DNA of 64,000 bases, from contig OX597826.1 in the NCBI GenBank assembly GCA_951406725.2, positions 16,616,001 through 16,680,000 on the forward strand, written 5' to 3'. Below, piece by piece: positions 1-12,445 of this stretch. The notes under the pieces were generated by a model. The model saw only the letters and a program-made list of their open reading frames with translations. It was not told where the DNA came from and searched no databases. Every line of letters starts with the position of its first letter. The first letter of the stretch is position 1. This DNA comes from Octopus vulgaris. Its lineage: Eukaryota. The position numbers and the translations under genes are program-made.

Positions 1-1240
1 AGAGATGGACAGGAAGTCAAGAAAGTCCTAACAAAGCATAGCGCCCATCATCCACGTGCAGACACTAATCACCCATACATGAAGAGAGCAACTGGAGAAA
101 GAGATATCATAAGTGTGCAAGACTGCGTGCGAATCGAACTCGAGAGCTTAATGAGATACCTAGCCCAAAGTGAGGAATCTTTGCTAGTGACAGTTAGGAA
201 CGAGGGAGTATTGAATGCAGAGAAAAAAGAAGGAAAAACAAAGGAAGAAATAAGAAAATGACATGAAGAAGAATTAAACAAGAAGAGACTACACAATCAA
301 TTCCATGTAGCCACAACAGAAGCTGCTAAAAAAATCGGTGGGATTGGCTGCTGAAAGGAGCCCTAAAGAAAGAAACCGAGGGCATTATAATGGCAGTGCA
401 GGGCACAGCACTGGTCAATGACTGGAGGGTCAACTTGAGGAATGAGCAAATGTCTTCGCTGTGCCGCATCTACAATATGCCCACATCACAAACGAATGCC
501 CTAGATTTGTCCACAAAACCACCACAAGTTGAGGCGATACGACCAGGTAGCGAAAGTGCTACATTGGAAACTGTGCAAAAAGTGGGGGAGGGGCTAGAGA
601 GAGAAGCATGGCATGCTATGAGGACAAACCGCTAAATGAATACTACTAAGCATTTCACCGGCATGCTACAGATTCTTCCAGGTCCCTGCCGACGCCATGA
701 CAGTATAGGAAGGATTTCCATTGGACACTTTGTATGGACTTGAGAGAGCAAAAAAGCTCTACGAACATAAGCCCGAAGGCATCATCGGAAATTATAATGC
801 GAAGAGCCTTTGACATTTTATGATTCAGTGTGGCCATGAGATAGAGAATAGGAAGCCAGACATAGTACTAAGTGAGAAAGAATGCAAACGATGCTGTATT
901 CATAGATGTAGCATGTCAAGCTGACAATAACGTATTCGATAAGGAAGAAAGAAAAGTCGATAGATATGCCTTGTTAGCTTGGGAGGTTAAGCAGTTGTGA
1001 TCGATGAAAACCTTGGTAGTTGTATCAATAATTGTCGGAGCCCTGGGAACAGTAAGTAAAAATATTGAGATGAATATGGAACACATAGGGGAACAGATAA
1101 AGATGGAGCACTTGCACTACTTGGAACCGCTCGAATACTCCGGATAGTACTCGAAAAATAAGGGATGTTTCCTTAGTTCACTGGTAGTGAATAGCTGACA
1201 CTGTAGCAAATCTCCAGCGTTAGAAGCTGTGCAAAGAAAT
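1..1240 (+). mobile_element. Degenerate 3' part of an R4/Dong-like non-LTR retrotransposon (restriction-like endonuclease clade), truncated by the window start
   Basis: Frameshifted translation gives HHPRADT..YMKRATGERDIISVQDCV, LKKETEGIIMAVQ, YDQVAKVLHWKLC, RKPDIVL..CCIIDVAC (PD-(D/E)xK endonuclease), IIVGALGTV and LGTARILR. A short 3' UTR runs into (TAA)n. Confidence 0.88.
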
Positions 1241-1244
1241 AAAA

Positions 1245-1431
<187 letters not shown>

Positions 1432-2239
1432 TCCAAAAGAACATTGTGGGCGTGCTTCAGCAAGCTTCTTGTGAGATAACATTTGATCTGAGACCATGGC
1501 TAACATGCACTTCAGAAACCTCACTATTATTTCTTCATTATTGATAACAAATCTATTATTGATACCATTCACACACGCATACATACAAAATTCCAAAGTA
1601 TTAGCGAATTTCTTTTCCTATGAGCCAGTAATTTAATCATTTTAACCTCTCATATCGTCAACACACTGAGTACATTTGTTTCCTTTTTTGTTTCCTCACG
1701 ATATCACTAGAATACACATACACAAACACTTTAGCACACACACACATGTGTGTACGCACGCTTAAAAACACACGTACGCTCACGTATACACATATTTCAG
1801 TAATACTTATAGCACATACTGATGAAGTAGGTACTGATTGAGGCTGGTTCAGATATTAGCAAAATCTGATTACAATTGTTTCAACAATCTTGATATATTT
1901 AGAAATAATTAGAAACATCAAATGACTGCGCTGTATGCATGTAAATTTATAGATGATAGGAATATGCATGAGTTTCTGTGCTAATGCATCGTTATCAATT
2001 AATAGATAACCTATTGGATGCTAATAGAACTAATTTCATATATACATGCACACCCACACACATATATGTCACCAAAGCCCTTTCTGTTATTATCACCTTG
2101 TTGCATCCCCATCAGCACCTTCATAGATCAAATTTTGCAAACAGGAAATGCGTTTGTAACCCAACTCAACAATTACACACCAGATAGATATTCATAGCAG
2201 CTTAAAACTTATTCAAGATGTGTTATCTATTATATTCGT

Positions 2240-2285
2240 TTGAATTATTTCGACGGTGTCAACCGGCATCTTCAGTAATCACTAA
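2240..2285 (-). ncRNA. Degenerate hammerhead-ribozyme-like motif
   Basis: Minus strand reads CTGAAGA-t-gccggt-tgac-accgtc-GAAA. Stem II has one mismatch and stem I is not recoverable. Confidence 0.4.
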
Positions 2286-2312
2286 TCGTTACCGATAACG
2301 TGCCTGAACTTC

Positions 2313-2422
2313 ATGTATGTATGTTTGTATGTATGTATGTAGGTAGGTAGGTAGGTAGGTAGGTAGGTAGGTAGGTAGGTAGGTAGGTAGGTAGGTAGGT
2401 AGGTAGGTAAGTAGGTAGGTAG
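2313..2422 (+). repeat. (ATGT)n/(GTAG)n tetranucleotide microsatellite
   Basis: Directly visible. Confidence 0.95.
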
Positions 2423-2579
2423 GCAGACATTGTAGATCTTTAGCTCGGTTAAAATGTCATATTCGATCACAGCACCAATAACAGTTAAGCTTCGTGCAAT
2501 GGCCATACTCGATAACGAGGAGGCAGTCATCATCATGTATGTATGTATGTATAAATGTATGTATGTATGTATGTCTTCT

Positions 2580-3420
2580 ATTTTTTAATTATTTTAAATC
2601 TTCCACTGAGGATGGAGTCAGTTTCTAACAAAGGTACAAGGCTCCCTCTTTGGGATGTAGCTAACACAGACAAATTTACATTTGGAACTTGAGAAAAGTC
2701 TTGTATATTTTCACTGTTCCACTCACAGATTGGAATTGGAATCTTGTAATCAGCCGCTCAGTTTATCTTTCTGAAATCCCAGTTTATCCAGCTTGTCCTT
2801 TAAGCATTTACTGACAAAACTTGGTGCTCCATTTATTATTGGTATGAATATGAATCCATAGTCTGCATGTAGAAGCTGGAGGTTTCGAAGCAGTTGTCCA
2901 TAGATATCCCTTTTTCATTGATTTTTAAAGATATATTTATATGTACATGGCCGCTAACCTCTATGATGGCACATACCTTTGCCCCTCTGTTCCAAATAGT
3001 AACCGGCCTGCTATGCTTACATTTGACTGAGTCTTTGATGGGAATATTCCACCAGTATTCCTTGAGTTGGTGTTTATACCTACACTATTAGAAACAATTA
3101 TTCTATTCCCGGTTGTAAGGGTAAGATTTGTTGTTCATGTCTCTGTGAGTCTCTCTATATCAGCAATTAAGATAGTAGGTACCTTTGCCAGATGTAGGCA
3201 CTTCAACAGCCATGGATAAGGGATAGAGTCGAATGCCTTCCTGTAGTGAAGCCATACTCTCACAAGGTTTCTGCGTTGTTTTCTTCCTTCAGACAGTACA
3301 GTTTTGCTTACTAAAAGTTGTTCGGCACATCCCCACACTCCCTTCTTTCCACCAGCCGACTCTATAAATACCAGCGGTCTGTCAACGGAGATCTTAGTCC
3401 ACACAGCATCAAGGTACAAT
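2580..3420 (-). mobile_element. Internally deleted RLE-clade (R4/NeSL-like) non-LTR retrotransposon remnant
   Basis: ORF 3135-3419 carries RT motifs GVWGCAEQLL and VWLHYRKAFDSIPYPWL. It is joined to an endonuclease C-terminus (YWWNIPIK, IIEVS, IPIIIGA) and a 3' UTR. Confidence 0.82.
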
Positions 3421-4304
3421 ATAATATATACATGTAATATATGGCATTGTTTTTATTAATTTCTCTTAAACATTTTCCAAATTATTAAATTGCTCTTATT
3501 GTAGACGTTGATCTTGATGCATTGTACGTATATGTACATGATACTATTCATGGAAATATTTGAAATAATCTAGCTTTAAACGAATAGAGAATTCGATATA
3601 TCTCACGCTAAATATATGCAAATCTGCGTATAATGCACAAAGAACATAAAAAAAGACATTTCTGAAAATTACGTGTTGAATACAATGCAGATTGACCAGC
3701 CAGTTAACAATCGAATGAATAACACCCACATGTTATATATAAATATTTCATATCCATGCATGAATGTATATATGAGTGAATGTAAGTATGTATTTAGAGG
3801 TGTGTTTTCATTCTTCATCTGAGGTAGTGCGTTTGCTAAGTTCTCTCTATTTGCAATGCTGTCATATCGCAGTTTATTTGGTATTTACGTTTCGTTAAAA
3901 GTCTCCATTCGTTGAATAGGATGGTATGCTAGAAAAGATTGCATTTAAGCATTATAGATTGGCATTGTCAACCAAATACTAAGTAAATGGTGAATTGTTC
4001 AGGAAAGTTGTTTCAATAATTGCATTAAGTAGAATATTTCGTTTGTGTTAAAAGTGATAAAATTACGTAATTTAGTTAATTTAAAATCAAAATGGCGTAA
4101 TAAAAAGTAATTCGATTGTAACGAGTTGGAGCAATTTTCGCGTAATACTTATCGTAGGTTAGATCGATCAAAGAATATTGACCATAAGAGGTGAAGCTAT
4201 TATTCAAATAAGTGAGATGAGATAAGGAATAAAAATTAATAGTACAAATATTTCGTCCAATATCTCACTGACTTTTCTTCCACATATATGTGTATGTATG
4301 TATA

Positions 4305-4500
4305 TGCTTAGCGTTATTTCGTCTGTCGTTACGTTCGGAGTTCAAATTCCGCCGAGGGCGACTTTGCCTTTTATCCTTTCGGGGTCGATAAAAAAAAGTA
4401 CCAGTTTCGCACTGGGGTCGATGTAATCGACTTAATCCGTTTTTTCTGTCCTTGTTTGTCCCCTCTATGTTTAGCCCCTTGTAGGCAATAAAGAAATATA
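4305..4500 (+). mobile_element. tRNA-derived SINE family B (octopus OK/OR-like), 5'-truncated
   Basis: B-box gttcaaattcc, core gactttgcctttyatcctttcggggtcgataaa, and tail ccccttgtaggcaataaagaaat. Homologous to 20044-20240 and 62432-62640. Confidence 0.85.
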
Positions 4501-5890
4501 TATGTTATGTATGTTTGTAAGTATACATATATATATATTTACATGTGTGTGATTGTCTGTGTATCTGTGTCTGAATCTGTGTTGTATACGTGCGTAAGCT
4601 TGAGAGTGTGTGCACGTTTGGGTGTTTATGTGTATATATTTTCATGATATTGCTGTGCATTTGGAGCTTACTTGAATATATATGTGCAATTATCATGAAA
4701 AAATCTGTATTTAAAAAATTTATGAATTTGAAGATGAAATTCCTCTTAATTTTATATGCACATTTCTAAAGGAGGACCATATCTCGTGCAGTCACACCTG
4801 ACATACATTGCTAATTTTAATGAGCTATCTTATAAAACTCAAAATTACAGTTATCTAGAATATTTTCAATTATTTGATAATAACTTTTAAAGAGGGACCT
4901 AGAAACCGGCATTCGCAACACCATCGGTGGTAGTGGAATTCGAAACCATTAAATTAAGAACAGTCTCTACAATGCTATGTAATGATGAGGCTATAAATGG
5001 CGACAAAATGTGAAAGCCCAGGCAAGCTTTGATGAAAGCTAAGACAAAATAGAAGTAACAAGAGAGTGTTAGGGTTGTTTGTAAACATGACTTGGAATCG
5101 AGATCAGTAAGAGTTGGTGAGGTATCCATATTAAGAGCCTATAGTGCAAATTTGAAATGTAACAGGAGATGATCACTGTGTAAAGGTGATAGGATTTACT
5201 TTACATGGGCAACCGATACACTGACAACATACACTTAGGTGACCACTGTCCTTGAGAGAACACTGGAATATTGACCAGCGAAAGTTCTCCTTCTTTGTGC
5301 TATCGGTCACCTCTTGCCTATCTAATCCCAAATTATCATAAAATCTATACAAAAGAAGTCTCATACGCAGAGAACATTGACCAGGTAAAGTAGGACATTG
5401 GAAGTAGGGAAATGGAAATAGAACAGAGATATAGTCCTAACCGGATCAAAGTTGTAGGGCCTACAGAAGATAAGGTGAAGAAGCAACATCAGATTTCTTA
5501 GGCAAGTTGATATGTTTCATAATGCACACTCAGTTTGGAAATGAATTTCTACATTGCATCAAGCTTCTGACTCTGTGGAACAAGCAGATCTCGAGGCTAA
5601 GCCCAGTTTTCTAGAAGTGGTAGCAGTTACGTCCCTTGAACCAGGCGTGGTTCTTCCATCCATGAGCACACAGCATCTACATCATGGCGCAACTCATAGT
5701 GCCCTGGGTGGATATACTTGATACATAAACTAAATCCGAATCTGTATTGAAATCTGCTACCGCTGTTTTCTAAGAAATCACCTTTCTTTTTTTTTTTTTC
5801 CTTGGCTGAAGTTTAGCATCCGAAAATTCACATCTCGAGCAGAACTTTGTTGTGGTTGAAAAGGGAAGTTATATAAACATATATATATGT

Positions 5891-6170
5891 GGAGGCGCAG
5901 TGGCCCAGTAGTTAGAGTAACGGATTCGCGGTTGTAGGGTCGCGGTTTCAATTCCCAAACCGGGTGTTGTGGATGTTTATTGAGTGACAACACCTAAATC
6001 TTCACGAAGTTCCGGCAGGGGGTGATGGCCAACCCTGTTGTACTCTTTCACCACAAAATTATCTCACTCTTCTTGTTTCTGCTGTACCTGTATTTAAAAG
6101 GGCCAGCTTTGTCACACACTGTGTAACGCTGAATCTCACCGAGAACCACGTTAAGGTTACACGTGTCTGT
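5891..6170 (+). mobile_element. tRNA-derived SINE family C, 3'-truncated at (TA)n
   Basis: A-box tggcccagtagtt and B-box ggtttcaattccc, followed by a non-tRNA body also seen at about 23030-23100. Confidence 0.75.
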
Positions 6171-6180
6171 ATATATATGT

Positions 6181-6230
<50 letters not shown>

Positions 6231-6232
<2 letters not shown>

Positions 6233-6462
6233 CGTGGCTGTATTGTAAGAAGTTCCGGGTTCAGTCCCACTGCCTGGCTCCTTGGACGAGTGTCTTCTAC
6301 TGTAGCGTCGGGCCGACCAAAGCCTTCTAAGTGGAAATAAGAGAAGCCCATCATATATATATATATGTGCGTGTGTGTGTGTGCGTGCGCGCGCATGTGT
6401 GTGTGTGTTTGTGTATATTTGCTTGCCTGTCTGTGCACCATCGCGAACGTAGCGGTTCGGCC
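6231..6462 (+). mobile_element. tRNA-derived SINE family A (partial)
   Basis: gtggctgt..gtaag, ccgggttcagtcccactgc and gtgtcttctac..gggccgaccaaagcc, homologous to the full copies at 41271 and 45483. Confidence 0.85.
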
Positions 6463-7254
6463 GTAGAGTACATGGGTATGTATCGATATCTACAAATAGA
6501 GGGAGAGAGAGAGAGATGTTTGTGTGTTGGAGAATTTGTAAGTTTGCCCAAGGTGTTTTTCAACCGATGAAAAATCATTTCGCTTTAATATAGGAAAGCT
6601 TCACTATTTTGAAGGTGATGCAGAGATTGTGAGCTGCAGCTGATGATTGAATATATAATCATGAATGTTTTATTTTATTGGCGGCACAAAGCTGAAAATA
6701 AATTTATAAATTGGTAAACAAATCCAATGATAGGTGCGGGAAATTGTGTAGATGAAGAAATATAAGAAATGACCATATTAAAGTTTCATAAATACACACA
6801 CAGACACAACGCATGCGCTCGTGCTTACATACACACACACACACTGACACTCACTCACACGTGATTATATAAAAGTTAGTAAATCTAAGTGACAATAAAA
6901 ATGACGTTAGTAAATAAATCATACAGAACACTACAAATCGATAAAAAATATTTAAGTAAATGAATGAAATAGATGAGTGCTTGATTGACACTTATGTACA
7001 CACGTGTGTGCAAAGTGAGACTAGTTTTCATTTATATCTGTATTTAAATTTCATTAATTATACGCTTTATAATTGAATGCAAATATATTTTAACATTAAA
7101 CCAATTTTTTTTGAGAAACTTATAAATTGAAATTGCTAGTAATTAGTCTTTTAATACGGCGTATATTTGTAAACAACTCACATACACACCTACGAACGTA
7201 TATAAGTCACAAACACATATGCAGCCATGTTCCTACATAGACACACATACACAT

Positions 7255-7255
7255 G

Positions 7256-7351
<96 letters not shown>
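7255..7351. repeat. (TA)n microsatellite, one of more than 15 in the window
   Basis: Directly visible. Confidence 0.97.
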
Positions 7352-7353
<2 letters not shown>

Positions 7354-9063
7354 CATGAAAACACATTGCAGTAGCACTCCCGCTCCTTTTAAGCATATGA
7401 ATATATCAAATATTTTTTTTCCCAAAAATGTACTAGTGTAACTAGTACATTTAGCTAATAGATTTATGATCTCAGGTGATTTTTACACTCGGTTGGCTAA
7501 TGACTTGGATTTATTTATATATGCAGGTGATAATGTGTATTATATATTAGTGAGATACTATTTCTTTGTTGTATAGCAGCGGAGACTGATCTAATGCTTG
7601 TTCAATGTATATCTTATTCTAATTACACAAATGAGTTTAATCCTCCCCAAAGCTACTTATTTCACTCTAGTATTCTCACGGTCATACATACACGCCAAAT
7701 ATCTACAATCTGTGTTTTCACGAAAACAACAAGTCTAACTACTTGGTCTCTGCCCTTTCGCCCGCTTTCTTCTATTGCACTTTCCTAGTAATTCCCTACG
7801 AAGCAGCCACTTTTGCTACACATTTGGAGATGCAAATTAATCTATATATTAGCTTGTCTCATTATAACGGAATGTCGAAACTGACTTGATAAAATGACCT
7901 AGCACACTGAAGTGGTGTGACAGCTATTGAATGATTGTGCACAGAAGAATAAGACGGTGCCACATAGAAAGATAAAAAAGAAAAGATAAATTCTTGTATA
8001 TGGTGGACATGATTTTAATTTCCGCAACGCATTCCAAACCAAATCTTTGGCCACAATGCCACAATATCAACACAATAGGTCACAACTTTACTTACATCAC
8101 CTTGTTCATTTTCCCATCATCCACAAATTGTATTGAATACGTTTTCTTATGTCTTCAGTACATCCATTTCGACAAACTTCTCTGATATTTGCTATTTTAT
8201 TAATCATAGGATACGGATATATTTTTACATATGTATGAATTCTATGAATATTTCCATGTATACATGCAACGCATTAAATTATATAGAACGAGTGAAAGCA
8301 TATAACTTGAAAGATTTCTATATAATTTCTAACGACAAATTCAACACCATTAAATGCCTTCATGATACTTATGCTTAAAACATTTTTCTAATTTGACATC
8401 CATTTACTCTTTCCTCTTTCATATGTAATGTTTTAATATCTTCAATGCATGGATATAAGACATAATGTTATAAAACAGAAAAATATGTTGGCGAAAGTGT
8501 AGTCCAGATATTAAATGCAATACGTTTTATTTCATTTTACATTTAATTAATTCACATATTATGGATCCCCATTGATAATAAAACATTAAAATGAACACAT
8601 AATATTTATTACTACTGTGTAAATATATGCTGCAGCATAAATAGAAATATGTGCACAGAATATCGATGTGTAAATCAAGCTTACATATCATATAGGTTTT
8701 AATATACATCTGCCTTTGAATCGGACGTGGTTGTTGGCATCTATTCTATTTCAATGAAGTTCAAATACCTATACAAATACTTTGTATATAAAATGAAATA
8801 AAATACTTTTATAAACAAGCAAAGAAGCACATACAAATGTTTACACATATGTGCATACATATCTATAAATACATGCACACACACTCTTCTACAGAATATC
8901 TGTAGAAAAAAAGGTAATGATAAGCACAAGATGCAATATATATCATTTATTTCCGACCCACTGTTTTGATGGAATCCGAACACACCCGTGAAAGGATAAA
9001 TGAACGGTTCTGAAACGCATAAGTACGCATAAGTACTGGAGATATCACAAGAGTCGCGTAGCC

Positions 9064-10808
9064 CTCATCTCTTTGGTTAGTTGTTCGGGTTAATAACTGT
9101 TGAACTGTTATTTTTGTGTGTTTAAAAACACCTTGTTTTGCTGTCTTTCGGCAGTGTTGTCGACACTCTCCCCCTTGTTTGAAGTGGGAAGCGCTGTATT
9201 GTTTGTGTCTTCATAATGGAATACGAAAATTTGAGTTCTTCAGACTTAACGTCGTCGGAAGAGGAGCTGCTAAGTGCAATAGATGCCTTTGAGGGGAAAA
9301 CAGAAAAAGAACGAAAAAAGATTTTGTGGCTGTGATCAGAGGCAACAGTGAAAAAATAAGCGTTGAGAGGAGGGACCTGAAGAAGTTCTAGGAAAAGTTA
9401 CAAAGGGAGGGGTAAGAGGTTACGGTGACCCCTCTCAACAAATTACAAAGACAACCAAAGAAGAAATAATTTACAGAACATACTATATAAAATTGAAGAA
9501 GATAGAAATAACAACAAGGGATCAAGTAGAGTGAGCCCTAAAATCCAACTGGCAGGACATTACTTACCTTGCTAGAGGGAAGAGGTTTGCGACTGTACTG
9601 ATGCGGTTTCCGACCGAAGTAATAGCCAGGCAGCACTCAGTAGCTTCCGTAAAGATTGATGACGTTGTTCTTCTGCTCATTTACCTTGGAAGACGTGCTT
9701 CCAGGATAAGAGTGAAAGAAATCCCTCCGGGGGTGGTTGTGGCCTGGCAGGTGGCAGCAATACTGCTAAGACTAGAACAAAAGATTGTGGTCCTCCGAAC
9801 AAGAACAGATGAAAGGAATTGGGAAGAGCAAGGCCAAGAGATTGTTATCCAGAGTGCCCCGGCGGACCTGGAGAAGATAGTCGACGAGGTGAGACGTAAG
9901 GTGATATTTAGGGGGATGATGGAAGGCAGGAAGCCCCGTTGCCACAAATGCGGCGAAAATGTCATATCTCGGCAAAAGATCGACGAAAATAAAGATAAAT
10001 GGGTTCGATCCTGAAATCAAACCAATGTGACTCCTGGTGGCACCCGTCACTAACATAAAAAAGGACGTGACACTCAAGGAGTTGGAAGAAAAACGTACCC
10101 AGAACTGGTGTGACAAGGGCGTAAGAGCAACAATCCAGGCCACACCAGCTCACGGGAGTTCATCATCCTTCCGGATGATACAAGAGTGAAAGTCGCCGTT
10201 CAGGGCAGTGTACAACAGTGCTTCGGGTATGAGCAAAAATGTCACGAAAAAACGTACCCCAAAGCCTACAACTTGAAGCACAGGGAGAAAGCCAGATGAA
10301 GGCCAGTATACAGCAGGAGAGAATGGAAGAGAAGAAGAGGCAGGGGAGACAGAGAAAGATTCACATTCTACTTCAACGACTACAGAGTGGAGGGAGAAGC
10401 AGGAGGAAGAGATGGTGGAAGGAAAGAGGAAGAAGCACAATTGACGACTTCTACAGAGGTAAGTAGCGGTGAATGGCAGTTTGCGGGAAGGAAGAGAAAA
10501 AAAGAAAATTACTCGTTCTCTCCCTCCCACAAACAAAAAAAAAAAACCAAAACTTACAAGATTTTCAAACAAGAACACACATGAACATTTAACAACAGAA
10601 AGAAACGAAAAAATTAAAAATAAAGAAAACACAAAATAAAAAACTGTTGCCCCGCCGCCTACGCAAAATAATTGAGCACGTTTCGTCCTTTTCATTTATT
10701 AACCATAAATTTTCTCATACAATTTTTTTTTTTTTTTTTTGGCTCCACTTGTAATGGCCTGTATCGTCCCCTCTTTGTGTAGTCCCTTGTGGATAATAAA
10801 AAGAATCA
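9064..10808 (+). mobile_element. ORF1-only L1/Tx1-like retroelement, copy 1 (degenerate gag-knuckle ORF from ATG 9216)
   Basis: 5' UTR motif shared with copies 2 and 3. ORF begins MEYENLSSSD and contains VLLLIYLGRRASRIRVKEIPPG and GRKPRCHKCGE (CCHC-like). No APE or RT. 3' tail gtcccctctttgtgtagtcccttgtggataataaaaag. Confidence 0.75.
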
Positions 10809-10824
10809 AAGAGTGTTGTACGCC

Positions 10825-12445
10825 CCATTTTTTAGTTGGACGGTGTTTCTATTGTAAGTTAAACCGTCTTTTTAATTGCTAAATTGCTGTTAATCTATTG
10901 TTTCGTGTTTAGCAGTGTTGATGACGTTTTCCCCTTTGTTTAAAGAGGAAGCGCTGAATGATGGATTACGAGAGCTTGAGCTCGGATGAGATGACATCCT
11001 CAGAAGAGGAACTGTTGAGGAGTAGCAATAATACCGATAGACAAATGAAAGAAAGAAGGATTTGGGGGTTGCGGCCGGAAGTTTGAATAGTATGGGTGGC
11101 GAGAAAAAGATGTTTGCAACAGTGACTGTTACGAAGAGAAATGAAGTGAAAACTAAAGCATTAAATCTCGAACAATAACGACAAATACTGCATAGGGAAG
11201 GCCACAGAGTCCGTGTACCCCACCCTATGAAGTGGCTCAAGAGACAGCAAGAACGACAGTCACATTCAGAAGTTTCAGCAAAGAAGAGAGAAGAATTAAT
11301 GTTGCAAATAAAGGGGAAATATGGAAGTGTTTGGCTCCCATCTGTGCGGACATAACATACGAGACAAACGGAGTCAAATACGCAACGATGGAAGTGAGAT
11401 TTGCCCTGAAGAAGAAGGCCAGGCAACACGCCATGTCTATGTTATCTACAGTAAAGATAGTACTCCTTCCGACTTACCATGGGAAGCGCGTCTCCGGGGT
11501 TAAAGTGGAGGAGGCACCACAGGAAGTGAACGTAGCGTGGATAATTACAGATATAAGTACTGAGCCAAGAGGAAAATATAACAGCCCTCGAAAACACCAG
11601 GGAGTAATTGAATAGACCAGATCCTGGAAATCCTTATCCAAGCCGCCCTGGATGCCCTGGACAACATTTTAGCCACCATAGTGGTGAGTGAAAGGAGGCA
11701 AAGAGTGATGATGGCTGGCAGGAGGCTGGGGTGTTTCCAGTGCGCAAAGCTTGGACACATGAGAGCGAATTTCTCCCTACCCCCGCCCTGTGGAAGTAAC
11801 CAAGGAAGTGCCGATAGACTGCAACTCCTCCTATCTATTTCTTTTCTCCTCCTATCATGGCGTCCAAAGTAGCGAGTGAGTGCAACGAGAAACAGTAAGA
11901 AGCAACTAGATAGTGGACAGAGGCAGGCAAAAGGAAAAATAGAAATAGAAGGAGGAAACAAACAAGTGATGATGACCCCCAACCGCACTCGCCATTCAAC
12001 ACCCGTCCCACCCTAACTCACCTTGCCTCTGCAGAAACCAAGCCTCGTCCTGTCCCACCAAACGCTGCCCCTGACCCTACCCTAATAACAAAACAAGTAT
12101 TCAAAAGTCAAAATCTGCCCAGTACCCTCACCGTGAATAGAGCCACGTAGTAATATTCAACAAGTCAGCTAATAAGCTGGTGAAGGAGGTGGAGAAAACG
12201 GACAAAGGAGTTGAGAATGAGCAAACAAATATTGTGACATGAGTATAATTGTTTGAAAATTTTGTAAATGTTTATAAAAAGTTTAAACGCGGTCTCTCAG
12301 AGTGTGAGGTTCGAGTGGCTTCCATTCCGTCCATTCATTATTTCATACCATCTTTCTCATTCGTTTACTTTTTCCCCCACTTATGTGTTTATCTGTCCTA
12401 CTGTCTTCACCTCTCTGTCAGGCCTTAATGGCTGAAATAAAATTA
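10825..12445 (+). mobile_element. ORF1-only L1/Tx1-like retroelement, copy 2 (divergent)
   Basis: VLLPTYHGKRVSGVKVEEAP and GRRLGCFQCAKLGH knuckle, homologous to copy 1. Tail ctgtcc..cctctctgtcaggccttaatggctgaaataaa. Confidence 0.72.

Noticed and set aside
1819-1825. CTGATGA box (also 51328-51334)
   Set aside because: No correctly placed stem II, GAAA or stem I.
4900-5760. GC-richer segment that may be a LINE remnant or exon
   Set aside because: No convincing motif series or open exon could be identified by eye.
5891-5965. tRNA-like sequence
   Set aside because: It lacks a proper acceptor stem and runs into a repeat body, so it is a SINE head rather than a tRNA gene.
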